This document shows positions 19,760 through 28,285 of a stretch of 64,000 nucleotides of DNA, in pieces. The notes beneath the pieces were generated by a model that did not search any database, was not told where the DNA came from, and saw only the letters and a program-made list of their open reading frames with translations. The DNA is from a bacterium (GTDB taxonomy: Bacteria > Patescibacteriota > CPR2 > UBA1875 > CAIMLA01), in assembly GCA_037129835.1 (NCBI GenBank), contig JBAXUE010000002.1:66334-130333 (forward strand), written 5' to 3'. The translations under genes and the position numbers were made by a program. Position 1 is the stretch's first letter, and the number at the start of each line of letters is the position of its first letter.

Positions 19760-19861
19760 GTCATCCATGGCCCGCTTTCGTCATCCTTGCGAACGCGAGG
19801 GTCTCTTTTGGCAACGTCATCCTGAGTCGAAACGAAGCTTGCCTGCGGTAAGCAGGGATCC
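19760..19861 (+). repeat. three tandem GTCATCC modules
   Basis: GTCATCC starts at 19760, 19780 and 19816. The last module contains the hairpin CCTGCGGTAAGCAGG. Confidence 0.85.
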
Positions 19862-20234
19862 ATGTCCACTCTCCTTATCGTTCGAATTCTAATGAGAACT
19901 ACAGATACAGGTTATATGTAGTTTTCATAGGATCTACGTAATCCAACCATCAGTTCGAAAAGAAAGAGAGTAAAGTAACGAAGTTATAATAAATAACTTC
20001 CGGTATCGGCTTGTTGTTATTTATTATATTTGAGCTACTGCAACGAATGATACTTTAAAGAATCTGTTAGGTTGGGCTTTTTGCACCACTTTTATTAAAA
20101 AAGTGGCATATATTATAATATAACGTTTAAAAGATATTCGCTAAAGTCGTAATTGCTCGACCTCGAAGATAGTCGAGTACACGGTACCAAGGCGATTTTT
20201 CATTGGGATTAACGCTTAAATATACCGCCCCTTT

Positions 20235-20330
20235 GTCATCCCTGGTCGCACTTGTCCTCCAGTAGCTTGTTAGCGAAGTAGGAACCCCAGTCTGCCCGAG
20301 CCGTACGCTCGTGTCGGCCAGGGGGATCTC
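20235..20330 (+). repeat. GTCATCCCTGG...CCAGGGGGATCTC module with ~55-nt insert
   Basis: Same ends as the short modules at 21275 and 34750-34779. The internal AGTAGC..GCGAAG..AAC resembles 21328-21343. Confidence 0.75.
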
Positions 20331-20331
20331 T

Positions 20332-20619
20332 CTAGTTCCCTTTTATAAATTCCAAAAGTTTCCTTTTAGTTTCCTCTGGGTCATTCGTATATATAAAGAT
20401 ATACTGTCTCGTCGTATTCCCACGGACGACGCATTTAAACCCACTATCGATGTCGAGAAGCTTGATGTTGCGTATTCCCCTGCCGATAACCTTGATTTCA
20501 CCGAGAGAAATCTTACTCACTTCTGGATATTTGGATGCAGCATCGACAAAATCCTCCGCAGCATCGATGATGGTGGTGTGACTGCCGGCATATTTGCTGC
20601 CAGAGCGGTGCGGACTCAT
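20332..20619 (-). CDS. hypothetical protein (95 aa)
   Basis: Its start overlaps the upstream peptidase stop by 4 nt (ATGA). No family assigned with confidence. Confidence 0.55.
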   Translation of the reverse strand: MSPHRSGSKYAGSHTTIIDAAEDFVDAASKYPEVSKISLGEIKVIGRGIRNIKLLDIDSGFKCVVRGNTTRQYIFIYTNDPEETKRKLLEFIKGN

Positions 20620-21254
20620 TTCTTATTCTCTCTGGCCTTCTCCCACCGTATTTCTAGCTCTTGTTTTACTTCAGTCTCGAAATCCAAAATTGATATGCCG
20701 TATACTTTATTAAAATCCTTTGCAAAGCCCTTTTCTGTCATATCTGGGCCCATATATTTGATCATTTCTAGTAGCTTATCTTTACCGTAGTCTCGGACTA
20801 ACTTGTTTACCATCAGGATTCCCCAGCGATATGTTTGCTGATCACAGCTAGAATAATGCTTTGCACAGACATTTTCGTCAGTTTCTACTGGGAGATATGT
20901 TTTCTGTCCCGCCATGTGTTCGGCTAGTCCCTCGACAAACCAAATAGGCTCCCCGTTGTATCTTCCGACGATATGATCAAAGTACCAGTGGCTCATCTCG
21001 TGGTGGACTACTTTCCAAAAATCCCCCTTTTTATGCGGGGTGATGTCTTCCAAAACACTTTCGTCGATAAAGGCCAGTCCCCTGCTATGCGTAGTCGCCC
21101 TGACCCAGTCCTCTGTTTTCCTACCTGTGAATTCGTCCATCTCAGCCCTAGTAAATAGAAACTTTATCGGCGGATCAGGGACTTTATCAGCATCGGTGAG
21201 CTCGAAGAACTCTCGACACAGTTTTTGTATTTCTTTTATCTTCTTTGTATTCAT
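20616..21254 (-). CDS. Peptidase_MA-like HExxH zinc-metallopeptidase-fold protein
   Basis: VVHHEMSHWYF followed about 20 aa later by WFVEGLAEH (gluzincin-type third ligand). No signal peptide. Paralog of 56359..56931. Confidence 0.65.
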   Translation of the reverse strand: MNTKKIKEIQKLCREFFELTDADKVPDPPIKFLFTRAEMDEFTGRKTEDWVRATTHSRGLAFIDESVLEDITPHKKGDFWKVVHHEMSHWYFDHIVGRYNGEPIWFVEGLAEHMAGQKTYLPVETDENVCAKHYSSCDQQTYRWGILMVNKLVRDYGKDKLLEMIKYMGPDMTEKGFAKDFNKVYGISILDFETEVKQELEIRWEKARENKK

Positions 21255-21274
21255 AATTACTTTTCCTCTCCTGT

Positions 21275-21343
21275 GTCATCCCTGGCCACAAACCAGGGAT
21301 CTCCTGCTTATTGTTCGAAGATCGGCAGTAGCCGAAGCGAGAA
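21275..21343 (+). repeat. GTCATCCCTGGCCACAAACCAGGGATCTC hairpin module plus tail
   Basis: 6-bp stem CCCTGG/CCAGGG. Near-identical copy in reverse orientation at 34750-34779. Confidence 0.85.
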
Positions 21344-21369
21344 CTAAAAAATAGCCTCTTGGTACTAGT

Positions 21370-22356
21370 TTATACCTCGCTAATTACGTCAAAGCCCTTG
21401 AAACTACCAGTTATGGCAAGGCCAATTATTTTGCCGTTTGTTAGGTGTTTTTCTCGCATTTTTCCAGCGATTTCATTAATAGTTGCGCCAGAACCGACGG
21501 CATCATCTATTATCAAGATATTTTTGTATTTACTGTTATCTTCTACCACGAATGTTTTTCTAGCATTTTCTATACGGTCCTCAAGTTTATTGAGAGTTTT
21601 CTGGGGTACTATCACTTGAGTTTTTATCTTTACGATACCTATCGTTCGAATGTGCAGATTTAGCTCTTTCTCCAGCTCTTTCATAAACTGAAGTTCACGT
21701 TTCACGGTAGGCTGAACAAAAGCCACCCCGTCTACATTCTTGTCATGTATCAGCTTCATAATCTGCGGTTTGATACTATCCACCAGATCATCGATGAGCT
21801 CCCTATTTTGGCTTTGTTTAGAATATAGTAGTAGTTGACCCAGGCGAGTTTTACCAAATCTTTCGATACTATAAAAATCGAGATAATATAGGTTGTCTAC
21901 ATTCACTTGTTCGAAACTAGTTCGAAGCTTGTCTATGCCAGATATCAAACCATTTTTTGTGTATTTCAGATACTTTTCGAGTGTTTTGATATACTCCACA
22001 GCTGTTTTTGTGATGTCTAGATGGTTTTTCTGAGTCCAGTATGCGAAACCCTCCCATCCAGTTTTCATTTCGCCAGCAGGCGTAATAATGAGGTAGTTTT
22101 TGTCTATAGTATTGATTATTTTTCTATCAACATTAAGACCGTCTAGGGTTTTGCCAGCCTCACCAGACTCACTTAGTGAATAATACACCTTGGGAGGCGT
22201 GCCACTCTTTACTAGGGCACCATTTTCTATCAGATTCTTGAGCTGTTTGTGAATAGCCTGTTCTGATATATCAAACTCAACAACCAATTCCTTGGGAGTT
22301 GCTTGTTTGTGTTCTGAGATGTATCTGATTATATTTTTTGAGGTATCTGTTTTCAT
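21370..22356 (-). CDS. winged-HTH plus ComF/GntX-like phosphoribosyltransferase-domain protein
   Basis: N-terminal IIRYISEHKQATPKELVVEFDISEQAIHKQLKNLIENGAL (wHTH). C-terminal PRTase signature NILIIDDAVGSGATINEI, preceded by ComF-like FVQPT...Q..L....R..N spacing. Confidence 0.65.
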   Translation of the reverse strand: MKTDTSKNIIRYISEHKQATPKELVVEFDISEQAIHKQLKNLIENGALVKSGTPPKVYYSLSESGEAGKTLDGLNVDRKIINTIDKNYLIITPAGEMKTGWEGFAYWTQKNHLDITKTAVEYIKTLEKYLKYTKNGLISGIDKLRTSFEQVNVDNLYYLDFYSIERFGKTRLGQLLLYSKQSQNRELIDDLVDSIKPQIMKLIHDKNVDGVAFVQPTVKRELQFMKELEKELNLHIRTIGIVKIKTQVIVPQKTLNKLEDRIENARKTFVVEDNSKYKNILIIDDAVGSGATINEIAGKMREKHLTNGKIIGLAITGSFKGFDVISEV

Positions 22357-22431
22357 AGTAAGATTATATATGGTTTATGGTTTAGTGTCAACTATAAACT
22401 ATAAACTATTAATCAAATAATATTTCTGGTC

Positions 22432-22617
22432 TTATCGTATTACCCCTTCTCTTTTCTCGGCTTCTTCAAGGATTTCGTTGATTCCTCCATCAGATACGAG
22501 GAATTTGAAGGGCTGTATCAGCCTCTCGCCTTTTTTGGTGATGACTGTAGCAGTTTCATTCTTCATATTTACCTTTACTACTGTGACTTGGTTCTCAAAA
22601 TAATCAAATACTGTCAT
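22432..22617 (-). CDS. hypothetical protein (61 aa)
   Basis: ORF 8 nt downstream of the DUF2130 gene on the same strand. No recognisable motif. Confidence 0.4.
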   Translation of the reverse strand: MTVFDYFENQVTVVKVNMKNETATVITKKGERLIQPFKFLVSDGGINEILEEAEKREGVIR

Positions 22618-22625
22618 AATGCCCC

Positions 22626-24428
22626 TTACTTCTTATCGAGTATTTTTACATTTTTTTTAGCATAGTCAGCAGAGAGCATTTTGATCCCCGTATCTTTAAA
22701 AGAAACTCGAATTTCATCATCAGATATTCCCTCTACTTCGCCTATTCCGAAATCAGGATGACTGATAAGATCCCCAACTTCCAAGAAAGTTTCCGACTCT
22801 TCATCGATGTGTTCTACCACAGGTTCTTCGTCTGACCTATCTTCTACTCCTTTAGTATTTCCACTAAATATCGCTCGAAGTATTTTTTCTTCTGACGACT
22901 GAATAGCTTTTTCCTCTTCTACAGAAACAACTGTTTTTTCTACTTCTGTAACAGGTTTCTGGAAGTCATCTCCACCAGGAAGCTCTAGTGCCTTTATCTC
23001 AGGTAGGGCTATGTGACCACCAATATCACCATACATTCCTACAGTATTTGTGAGTACTCTGCTAAGCTGCTTTTCTCTCTCACACCATATCTTTTCGAAA
23101 GCGTTTCGCTCTTTGCGTATACCACTTTCCATAGCTCCAAAAGCCTCTACTATGGCCTCTACCCTTTGTTTAAACTCATTGCCCGTAAGGTATGTATATA
23201 GGTAGTCCATCTTGTCGTTCTTGTTGACTGCCAAGGCCTTCTCTCTATAGACATCCACCAGGCCTTTTCTCAGCACTGTAGCGAGTGCAATAGCATATTT
23301 TAACTCACATACCCAAATCTTTTCTATTTGTACGAATCCATGAGCATCTCCAGGCATAGCTGCTGTTACTATCACTCCGATATCTGCCTTTATAGCCCTC
23401 ATATCTTCTTTTAACTTATCTACCCAACCTGCACTCCAAGACTTGGTTTGCTTGGATTCCCAAGCTATTTTGCCACACAGAGCACCGGCTTTGTTTTGTA
23501 CTAGCTGTACCACATCAGCACCGTTTACACCCTTTGGTACTGGCGCGATAGCGTCAAAAGGAAAAGCGTCGGTTAGCACTTGTTCTAGCTCGAGCTCCTG
23601 AACTTCGCCTTGGGTTTGCATGGAGCCTTGCTCCAGCTTCCTAGCTAGATCGTCCTTTGCCCTGCTGACATTCGATAGCTTCATCTCTAGCTCAGCAATC
23701 TTTTTGTGCTGTTGCTCTTCGGCCTTTCTACCCGCTTCTTCTTGAATCTTCTGACGCTCCTCGTCTAGCTGTCTCATCTTCTCTAGCTCAAAGCTCTGCT
23801 TGTCTTCCTCTAGGGTAATCTTTTGCTTTCGAAGTTCCAGCTCTTTTTCCTGAGCTTTACGGAGCTTCTCGTCCTTTTCATTCATTTGCTCTTGGAAACT
23901 ACGTTTCTCTAGCTCCAGCTCTTTTTGAGTTTCGTCGGCTAGCTCTTTTTTGAGCTCTAGGCGATAGGCCTCAGTCTTCTCGGCGTATTTCTTCTCGACT
24001 TCGAGCTCTATCTTGATTTTTTCCTCTTCTAGCCTAGTCTTTTCTTTTCTGAGCTCTATTTCACTCTCTTGAGCTTTTTCGAGCTTTTCATTTTTTTCCA
24101 AAATTAACTGCTCAAAATTATGTTTTTCTAGCTCTAGCTCTTTTTTTGCCTCTATTGATAATTCTTTTTTGAGTTCTAGCCGATAATTTTCTATCTTTTC
24201 GGCATACTTTATCTCAGCCTCTAGTTCTATCTTGGTTTTCTCTTTTTCTATCTCAGATTCTCTGGTGGCCAGAAGCCTATTAGTCTGCTCTAGCTCATCT
24301 TTTAGCTTTTGCTGTTCACTACTTAGCTCTTTGCGAACCTTTAGTTCCATCTGCTCTTTTAGGATGTCGTCGATGTCTATATCCCAACCGCATTTTGGGC
24401 ACTTAATGTTTTGTTCTGAATCTGTCAT
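22626..24428 (-). CDS. DUF2130-like coiled-coil protein with internal 73-aa tandem duplication and C-terminal Tudor/CarD-like tail
   Basis: N-terminal zinc-ribbon IKCPKCGWDIDID, long E/K coiled coil, conserved C-half (GADVVQLV..., IGVIVTAAMP). The tail VGDLISHPDFGIGEVEGISDDEIRVSF resembles small beta-barrel DNA/RNAP-binding domains. Confidence 0.65.
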   Translation of the reverse strand: MTDSEQNIKCPKCGWDIDIDDILKEQMELKVRKELSSEQQKLKDELEQTNRLLATRESEIEKEKTKIELEAEIKYAEKIENYRLELKKELSIEAKKELELEKHNFEQLILEKNEKLEKAQESEIELRKEKTRLEEEKIKIELEVEKKYAEKTEAYRLELKKELADETQKELELEKRSFQEQMNEKDEKLRKAQEKELELRKQKITLEEDKQSFELEKMRQLDEERQKIQEEAGRKAEEQQHKKIAELEMKLSNVSRAKDDLARKLEQGSMQTQGEVQELELEQVLTDAFPFDAIAPVPKGVNGADVVQLVQNKAGALCGKIAWESKQTKSWSAGWVDKLKEDMRAIKADIGVIVTAAMPGDAHGFVQIEKIWVCELKYAIALATVLRKGLVDVYREKALAVNKNDKMDYLYTYLTGNEFKQRVEAIVEAFGAMESGIRKERNAFEKIWCEREKQLSRVLTNTVGMYGDIGGHIALPEIKALELPGGDDFQKPVTEVEKTVVSVEEEKAIQSSEEKILRAIFSGNTKGVEDRSDEEPVVEHIDEESETFLEVGDLISHPDFGIGEVEGISDDEIRVSFKDTGIKMLSADYAKKNVKILDKK

Positions 24429-24514
24429 CTTATCTCCTTATTCTTTTTAGCATTTATTAATAGCTCCTGCATTATACACCCCAATAATGCCAAAAGTGCC
24501 CATTTACGAAAAAA

Positions 24515-24757
24515 TTAATCAAAAAGTATAAAAGGATTCATCTCCGCCGGTGTTTTCCAGCGTATTTTATACTTCTTCCTAAGTATTTCTTTTTTCTTAT
24601 GCCAAAAGGTATGGCAATATCCCAAATCACCTTCTTTGATTGGCGAATCTTTCAACGCATCCGTGACTTCATTATTGATTTTTGCGAAAATATCACGATA
24701 CCTCGGGTCTCGCTCTATTGGATCGTTAGCTATGTCGTCATCGTACATATTAATCAT
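24515..24757 (-). CDS. hypothetical protein (80 aa)
   Basis: Intact ORF in the co-directional string. LGYCHTFWHKKKEILRKKYKIRWKTPAEMNP looks like a conserved core. Family unknown. Confidence 0.5.
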   Translation of the reverse strand: MINMYDDDIANDPIERDPRYRDIFAKINNEVTDALKDSPIKEGDLGYCHTFWHKKKEILRKKYKIRWKTPAEMNPFILFD

Positions 24758-24768
24758 CTTTGTTCTTC

Positions 24769-25110
24769 TTATTCCGGAGCTTGAATTGGCTTCGCTTCTC
24801 GTCTTTTCTTTATGTAGCTAACTAGGTTAATTATATCTACAACGAATGACCCAAGCAAAATCACTACGAAAAAGAATAGACCAAGTGCATAAGAGATGGC
24901 ATCACCCCAGGCCTGGTTTGGTAATGTGCGTATATAGGTTCCGAATAGAAAAAATCCGACGGCTACTACGACGCTAGTTATCTTTAGACCTATTGATAGA
25001 TCTCCGAGTTTTTTCCCGGTCTTGATATAGATAATGATCGAAGGTGCGACCATAGCCGCGATAGCAAGCAAGAGTATGAATAGCCCAGTAATTAGACCCA
25101 TAAGCACCAC
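24769..25110 (-). CDS. small integral membrane protein (3 predicted TM)
   Basis: Three hydrophobic stretches. Gap of 11 nt to the next gene. Confidence 0.55.
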   Translation of the reverse strand: MVLMGLITGLFILLLAIAAMVAPSIIIYIKTGKKLGDLSIGLKITSVVVAVGFFLFGTYIRTLPNQAWGDAISYALGLFFFVVILLGSFVVDIINLVSYIKKRREAKPIQAPE

Positions 25111-25146
25111 CCTCCAGACGCGATACGTAACGATTTTGTTATGATA

Positions 25147-26121
25147 TTACTTTTGTACATGTTCCTCTCCTTTTGCATGAATTATATTTTCCATATTATC
25201 ATACAGATAAACAAAATATTTTTCTATTTCATTCATTTTATTTGGTAACATATTTTTTGTAAGAGCTGCCGATTCTGCAAAAAACTCTTCGAAATATTCT
25301 GCATATTCAAGAATAAAGTCGTCAGTGAACTCTCCCTTAATTATACATTCATCATAGAGTGGTTTGATCGCCTTTACTCTGGTCTTTAGATATGGGGTAA
25401 AGGGATTATCTATTAGATATCCCATCCCTGGTGGGTTGTAATACATATTGCCTTCGTCATCTTTGATAAAGAAGAACTGTCCGAATTCGGTATTTGCTAG
25501 TATTCCTCGTTCTAGTTGAGCGCCAGTCCCGTTTTCTGTAGCGTAAAGATTTTTAAAATAAAAATGTCCGATTTCATGTGCAAGTAGATATTCGAGTAGC
25601 GCCTCTTCTTTGTTATCTGCTTCTTTTACTACATCTGGCATCTCGTATGGATAGTCATAGGTATCAAATAGCTTTATATCGCCAAAGTGCTCGCTTTCTC
25701 TGTCGGAAATGGCATGTGCCCGTACCCTCAACCACTCATCACCCTCAGGTAGCTCGTTGTTTGCTTTGGCTTTTTCGTATTCTTCCCTGTTATAAAGCTT
25801 CTTTTCATTCTCTATTCCTGGGGTGTAGACATACATTATTACATTATCATAGATTATTTTTGATATACCGACTTTTTTAAAATCCTCTAATTCGTAATTT
25901 CTCGCGATGAACTCCAAGGCGCTCTCTCCTAGATTCTTGTTTTCTTCAAATCCTTCGAAACCGAGATATGCTCGAAAATCATCTAGCTTCTCCTTTGATA
26001 TTTCATCATGAGTTTCCGTATAGACACTACTAGTAGGCGCACTTTCTTTAAGTTTTGTTCTTTCCCACAGCTTACTAGCCTCACGCTCAGCAGGTCCTAT
26101 TGGTAATGGTATATGTTCCAC
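25147..26121 (-). CDS. hypothetical HExxH protein (324 aa)
   Basis: YLLAHEIGHFYF motif. Acidic, with no signal peptide or TM. Confidence 0.55.
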   Translation of the reverse strand: MEHIPLPIGPAEREASKLWERTKLKESAPTSSVYTETHDEISKEKLDDFRAYLGFEGFEENKNLGESALEFIARNYELEDFKKVGISKIIYDNVIMYVYTPGIENEKKLYNREEYEKAKANNELPEGDEWLRVRAHAISDRESEHFGDIKLFDTYDYPYEMPDVVKEADNKEEALLEYLLAHEIGHFYFKNLYATENGTGAQLERGILANTEFGQFFFIKDDEGNMYYNPPGMGYLIDNPFTPYLKTRVKAIKPLYDECIIKGEFTDDFILEYAEYFEEFFAESAALTKNMLPNKMNEIEKYFVYLYDNMENIIHAKGEEHVQK

Positions 26122-26140
26122 TATTATCCTTTCTTTGTAT

Positions 26141-26812
26141 TTATTTCTCTTTCGTCACCAAGAACGGAAAAACTCTGTTCATTTCATCGTTCCGAAGGAT
26201 AAATGCCGCCTCGAGGAAAGTATACAGTAAATCTTTTGTATTTTTCAGTACATCAGCACTACAAAAGACGACGAAATCAGCTTCGTTTATCTCTGAGGGC
26301 GATTGGATGTGGATCTTGTTTCTCAAGTTCTTGAGCTGTTTCAAATCATTTCGATAAAAGGCAAATGACAGCCCGAATGTCTGCTCCTGCGCAGACTTAT
26401 AGAGTAAGCTCTTAAAATCATGGATATCGTCATAGCTGGCACCTGTTTCTTTGTGCTGGATATACAGAATAGACTCTATTATTAGTGCCGATATCAGAAC
26501 AAATGTCTTCACATTCTGCCCATAGAGAGAGCTGGTGAGATATAGCTGCTTGGTGCATTCGTCTAGATAGTGAAGATATTGGAGATTATAGGCGATGTTA
26601 CTAAAAGCAGCATACTTTGGGTCATCATCAGAAAATTCGTAATCTATCAGCCGTGGGAATATAGTACTGCGATAGAAATCTATTGAGTTTGGCAGAAACT
26701 TGTTCGAACCCTCCTCTTTGGAACAAACCCGACACAAGATATTAGGCTTGTCTGGATTGTACAAGTCCTGCTTTACAAAGCCTGAATTGCTGTGTTGTTC
26801 TGTTTTAGTCAT
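26141..26812 (-). CDS. hypothetical alpha-helical protein (223 aa)
   Basis: Intact ORF flanking the DUF262-HNH genes. Contains LKNLRNKIHIQ (see rejected HEPN idea). Confidence 0.5.
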   Translation of the reverse strand: MTKTEQHSNSGFVKQDLYNPDKPNILCRVCSKEEGSNKFLPNSIDFYRSTIFPRLIDYEFSDDDPKYAAFSNIAYNLQYLHYLDECTKQLYLTSSLYGQNVKTFVLISALIIESILYIQHKETGASYDDIHDFKSLLYKSAQEQTFGLSFAFYRNDLKQLKNLRNKIHIQSPSEINEADFVVFCSADVLKNTKDLLYTFLEAAFILRNDEMNRVFPFLVTKEK

Positions 26813-26873
26813 TTTTCCCTTTTATAAAAGAATACATTGTTCTATCTTACTTTGTAAAAAATTATTAACTAAA

Positions 26874-28229
26874 CTAGTCTCTGCCACCCCTTTGTCTATT
26901 ACAATATCGGTGGACTAATCTGGCGTTTGATAGCTTGGTTTCTCCACCTCGCCAGTAAAACTCAATATGATCAACCTCAGAATCGTCTAAAACACGTATT
27001 TTTTGACCACATATTTTACAGGTTGAATCAGTGTCAAAAAGTTGCTTTTTCTCGTCGTGTGAATAGTTTCTTGTCTGTGACTTGGAATAATCTACGATTT
27101 TCCTCAAAGATTCTAGCCATTTCTCAAATCTGTATTGCACATTTTCTGGCTTATCTGTTGATGACTTCAAGGAATCTTCAAATTTCTTGACAGCTGTCAT
27201 TAAGTGTAAAAGTTCTTCGCGAATAGAATCAAGGTGAGGGATAATTTCGTTTTTTTGATACATCGTGAAACCCCACATTACGATGTCAAATAAGCCTTTG
27301 TTTATTTTTGTATTTTCCCACTTTCCGTTTGAGTCAGATTCTTCGCCTACAACAAACCTACGAAAAGCATTGTCACCAAATACTGAGCGAGTTAGGTCAA
27401 CAGATTTTTTAAAAACCTCACGAAGTTCTTTTGCTTTTTCTTCATTTAGATTTTGGTTATTATGCATTTCTTGATTTAGAAACTGTCTCATGGGTGCTTT
27501 GTATTTTAAGTATGAGTTATTATAAAAAGCGAAAAATCGTAATAAAAGCTCTCTATCAATCATTCTTATGGACATAGCTGGTGATTTTAATAATGTTTGA
27601 TATTCTTTATTTTCGGCAAGCTCGATTAGTAAGTCGTTATATTTTCCACGGTAAATACAGTTTCTGAGTTCCTGGTCGTTCAGCTTCACTGCGCCAGTAT
27701 TTAGTCTTTCGAAAACCTCAAATCTAACATTGATATCAGAATCCTTTTTGATTCTGATAAATGGTATAAGATAAGAATCAACTTTTCGCTGTGTTATTTT
27801 GTCTAGTTCCTTAAATGATTTCCTGTTTAGTCCTGTCAAAACCTTTAATCCCGAAAGGGCAAATTTTTCGTGCTTGTCTTGAAAGTACCCGTCCTTAAAA
27901 GAAAAGATAGAAATTAGTCTTTGTTGCCCGTCTATTACTGATTGGGTACCGTCATCTTCTTCGGCAGTGTATATTACTGGTATCGGGACTCCCAAGAGAA
28001 TAGATTCTATCAGTCTACTAGCTTTGCTTTTATCCCAGACATATCCTCTTTGAAAGTATGGTCTTACATCAAGTTCCCCTGCCTTGTAATCAGAATATAA
28101 GTCTTTTATGGCTCTACTGGGGTTGTCAAAGGTAATTCTTCTTTCATCCTCAGGTATATCAAAAACCAGTGGTTCGTTGTCATTATTGTCTTCTTCAAGA
28201 ATAACGTCATTATTATCTATTACCGTCAT
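26874..28229 (-). CDS. DUF262 (ParB-like NTPase) plus C-terminal HNH nuclease, GmrSD-like
   Basis: RPYFQRGYVW...VIDGQQRLISI (DUF262 DGQQR motif). C-terminus CKICGQ...VDHIEFYWRGGETKLSNARLVHRYCN (HNH). Confidence 0.8.
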   Translation of the reverse strand: MTVIDNNDVILEEDNNDNEPLVFDIPEDERRITFDNPSRAIKDLYSDYKAGELDVRPYFQRGYVWDKSKASRLIESILLGVPIPVIYTAEEDDGTQSVIDGQQRLISIFSFKDGYFQDKHEKFALSGLKVLTGLNRKSFKELDKITQRKVDSYLIPFIRIKKDSDINVRFEVFERLNTGAVKLNDQELRNCIYRGKYNDLLIELAENKEYQTLLKSPAMSIRMIDRELLLRFFAFYNNSYLKYKAPMRQFLNQEMHNNQNLNEEKAKELREVFKKSVDLTRSVFGDNAFRRFVVGEESDSNGKWENTKINKGLFDIVMWGFTMYQKNEIIPHLDSIREELLHLMTAVKKFEDSLKSSTDKPENVQYRFEKWLESLRKIVDYSKSQTRNYSHDEKKQLFDTDSTCKICGQKIRVLDDSEVDHIEFYWRGGETKLSNARLVHRYCNRQRGGRD

Positions 28230-28285
28230 AATTCTCCTTTACTTTGATCTATCGTTTTTGCTTATCAAGTTTTTTCATTGGTTCG

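Noticed and set aside
19667-19869. Extension of ORF 19352..19768 and ORF 19672..19869 (-).
   Set aside because: Both run through the tandem GTCATCC repeat modules (the translated 'CLPQASF..TQDD' strings recur at 16.06 kb on the other strand). The SD-supported start is 19666.
16019-21343. Possibility that the clustered GTCATCC repeats are a CRISPR array.
   Set aside because: The repeats are heterogeneous in length and orientation and irregularly spaced. They are separated by genes rather than short unique spacers, and no cas genes are present.
26141-26812. HEPN nuclease call based on LRNKIH.
   Set aside because: The spacing is R-x3-H, whereas the HEPN motif is R-x4-6-H. No other supporting feature is present. 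Kept as hypothetical.
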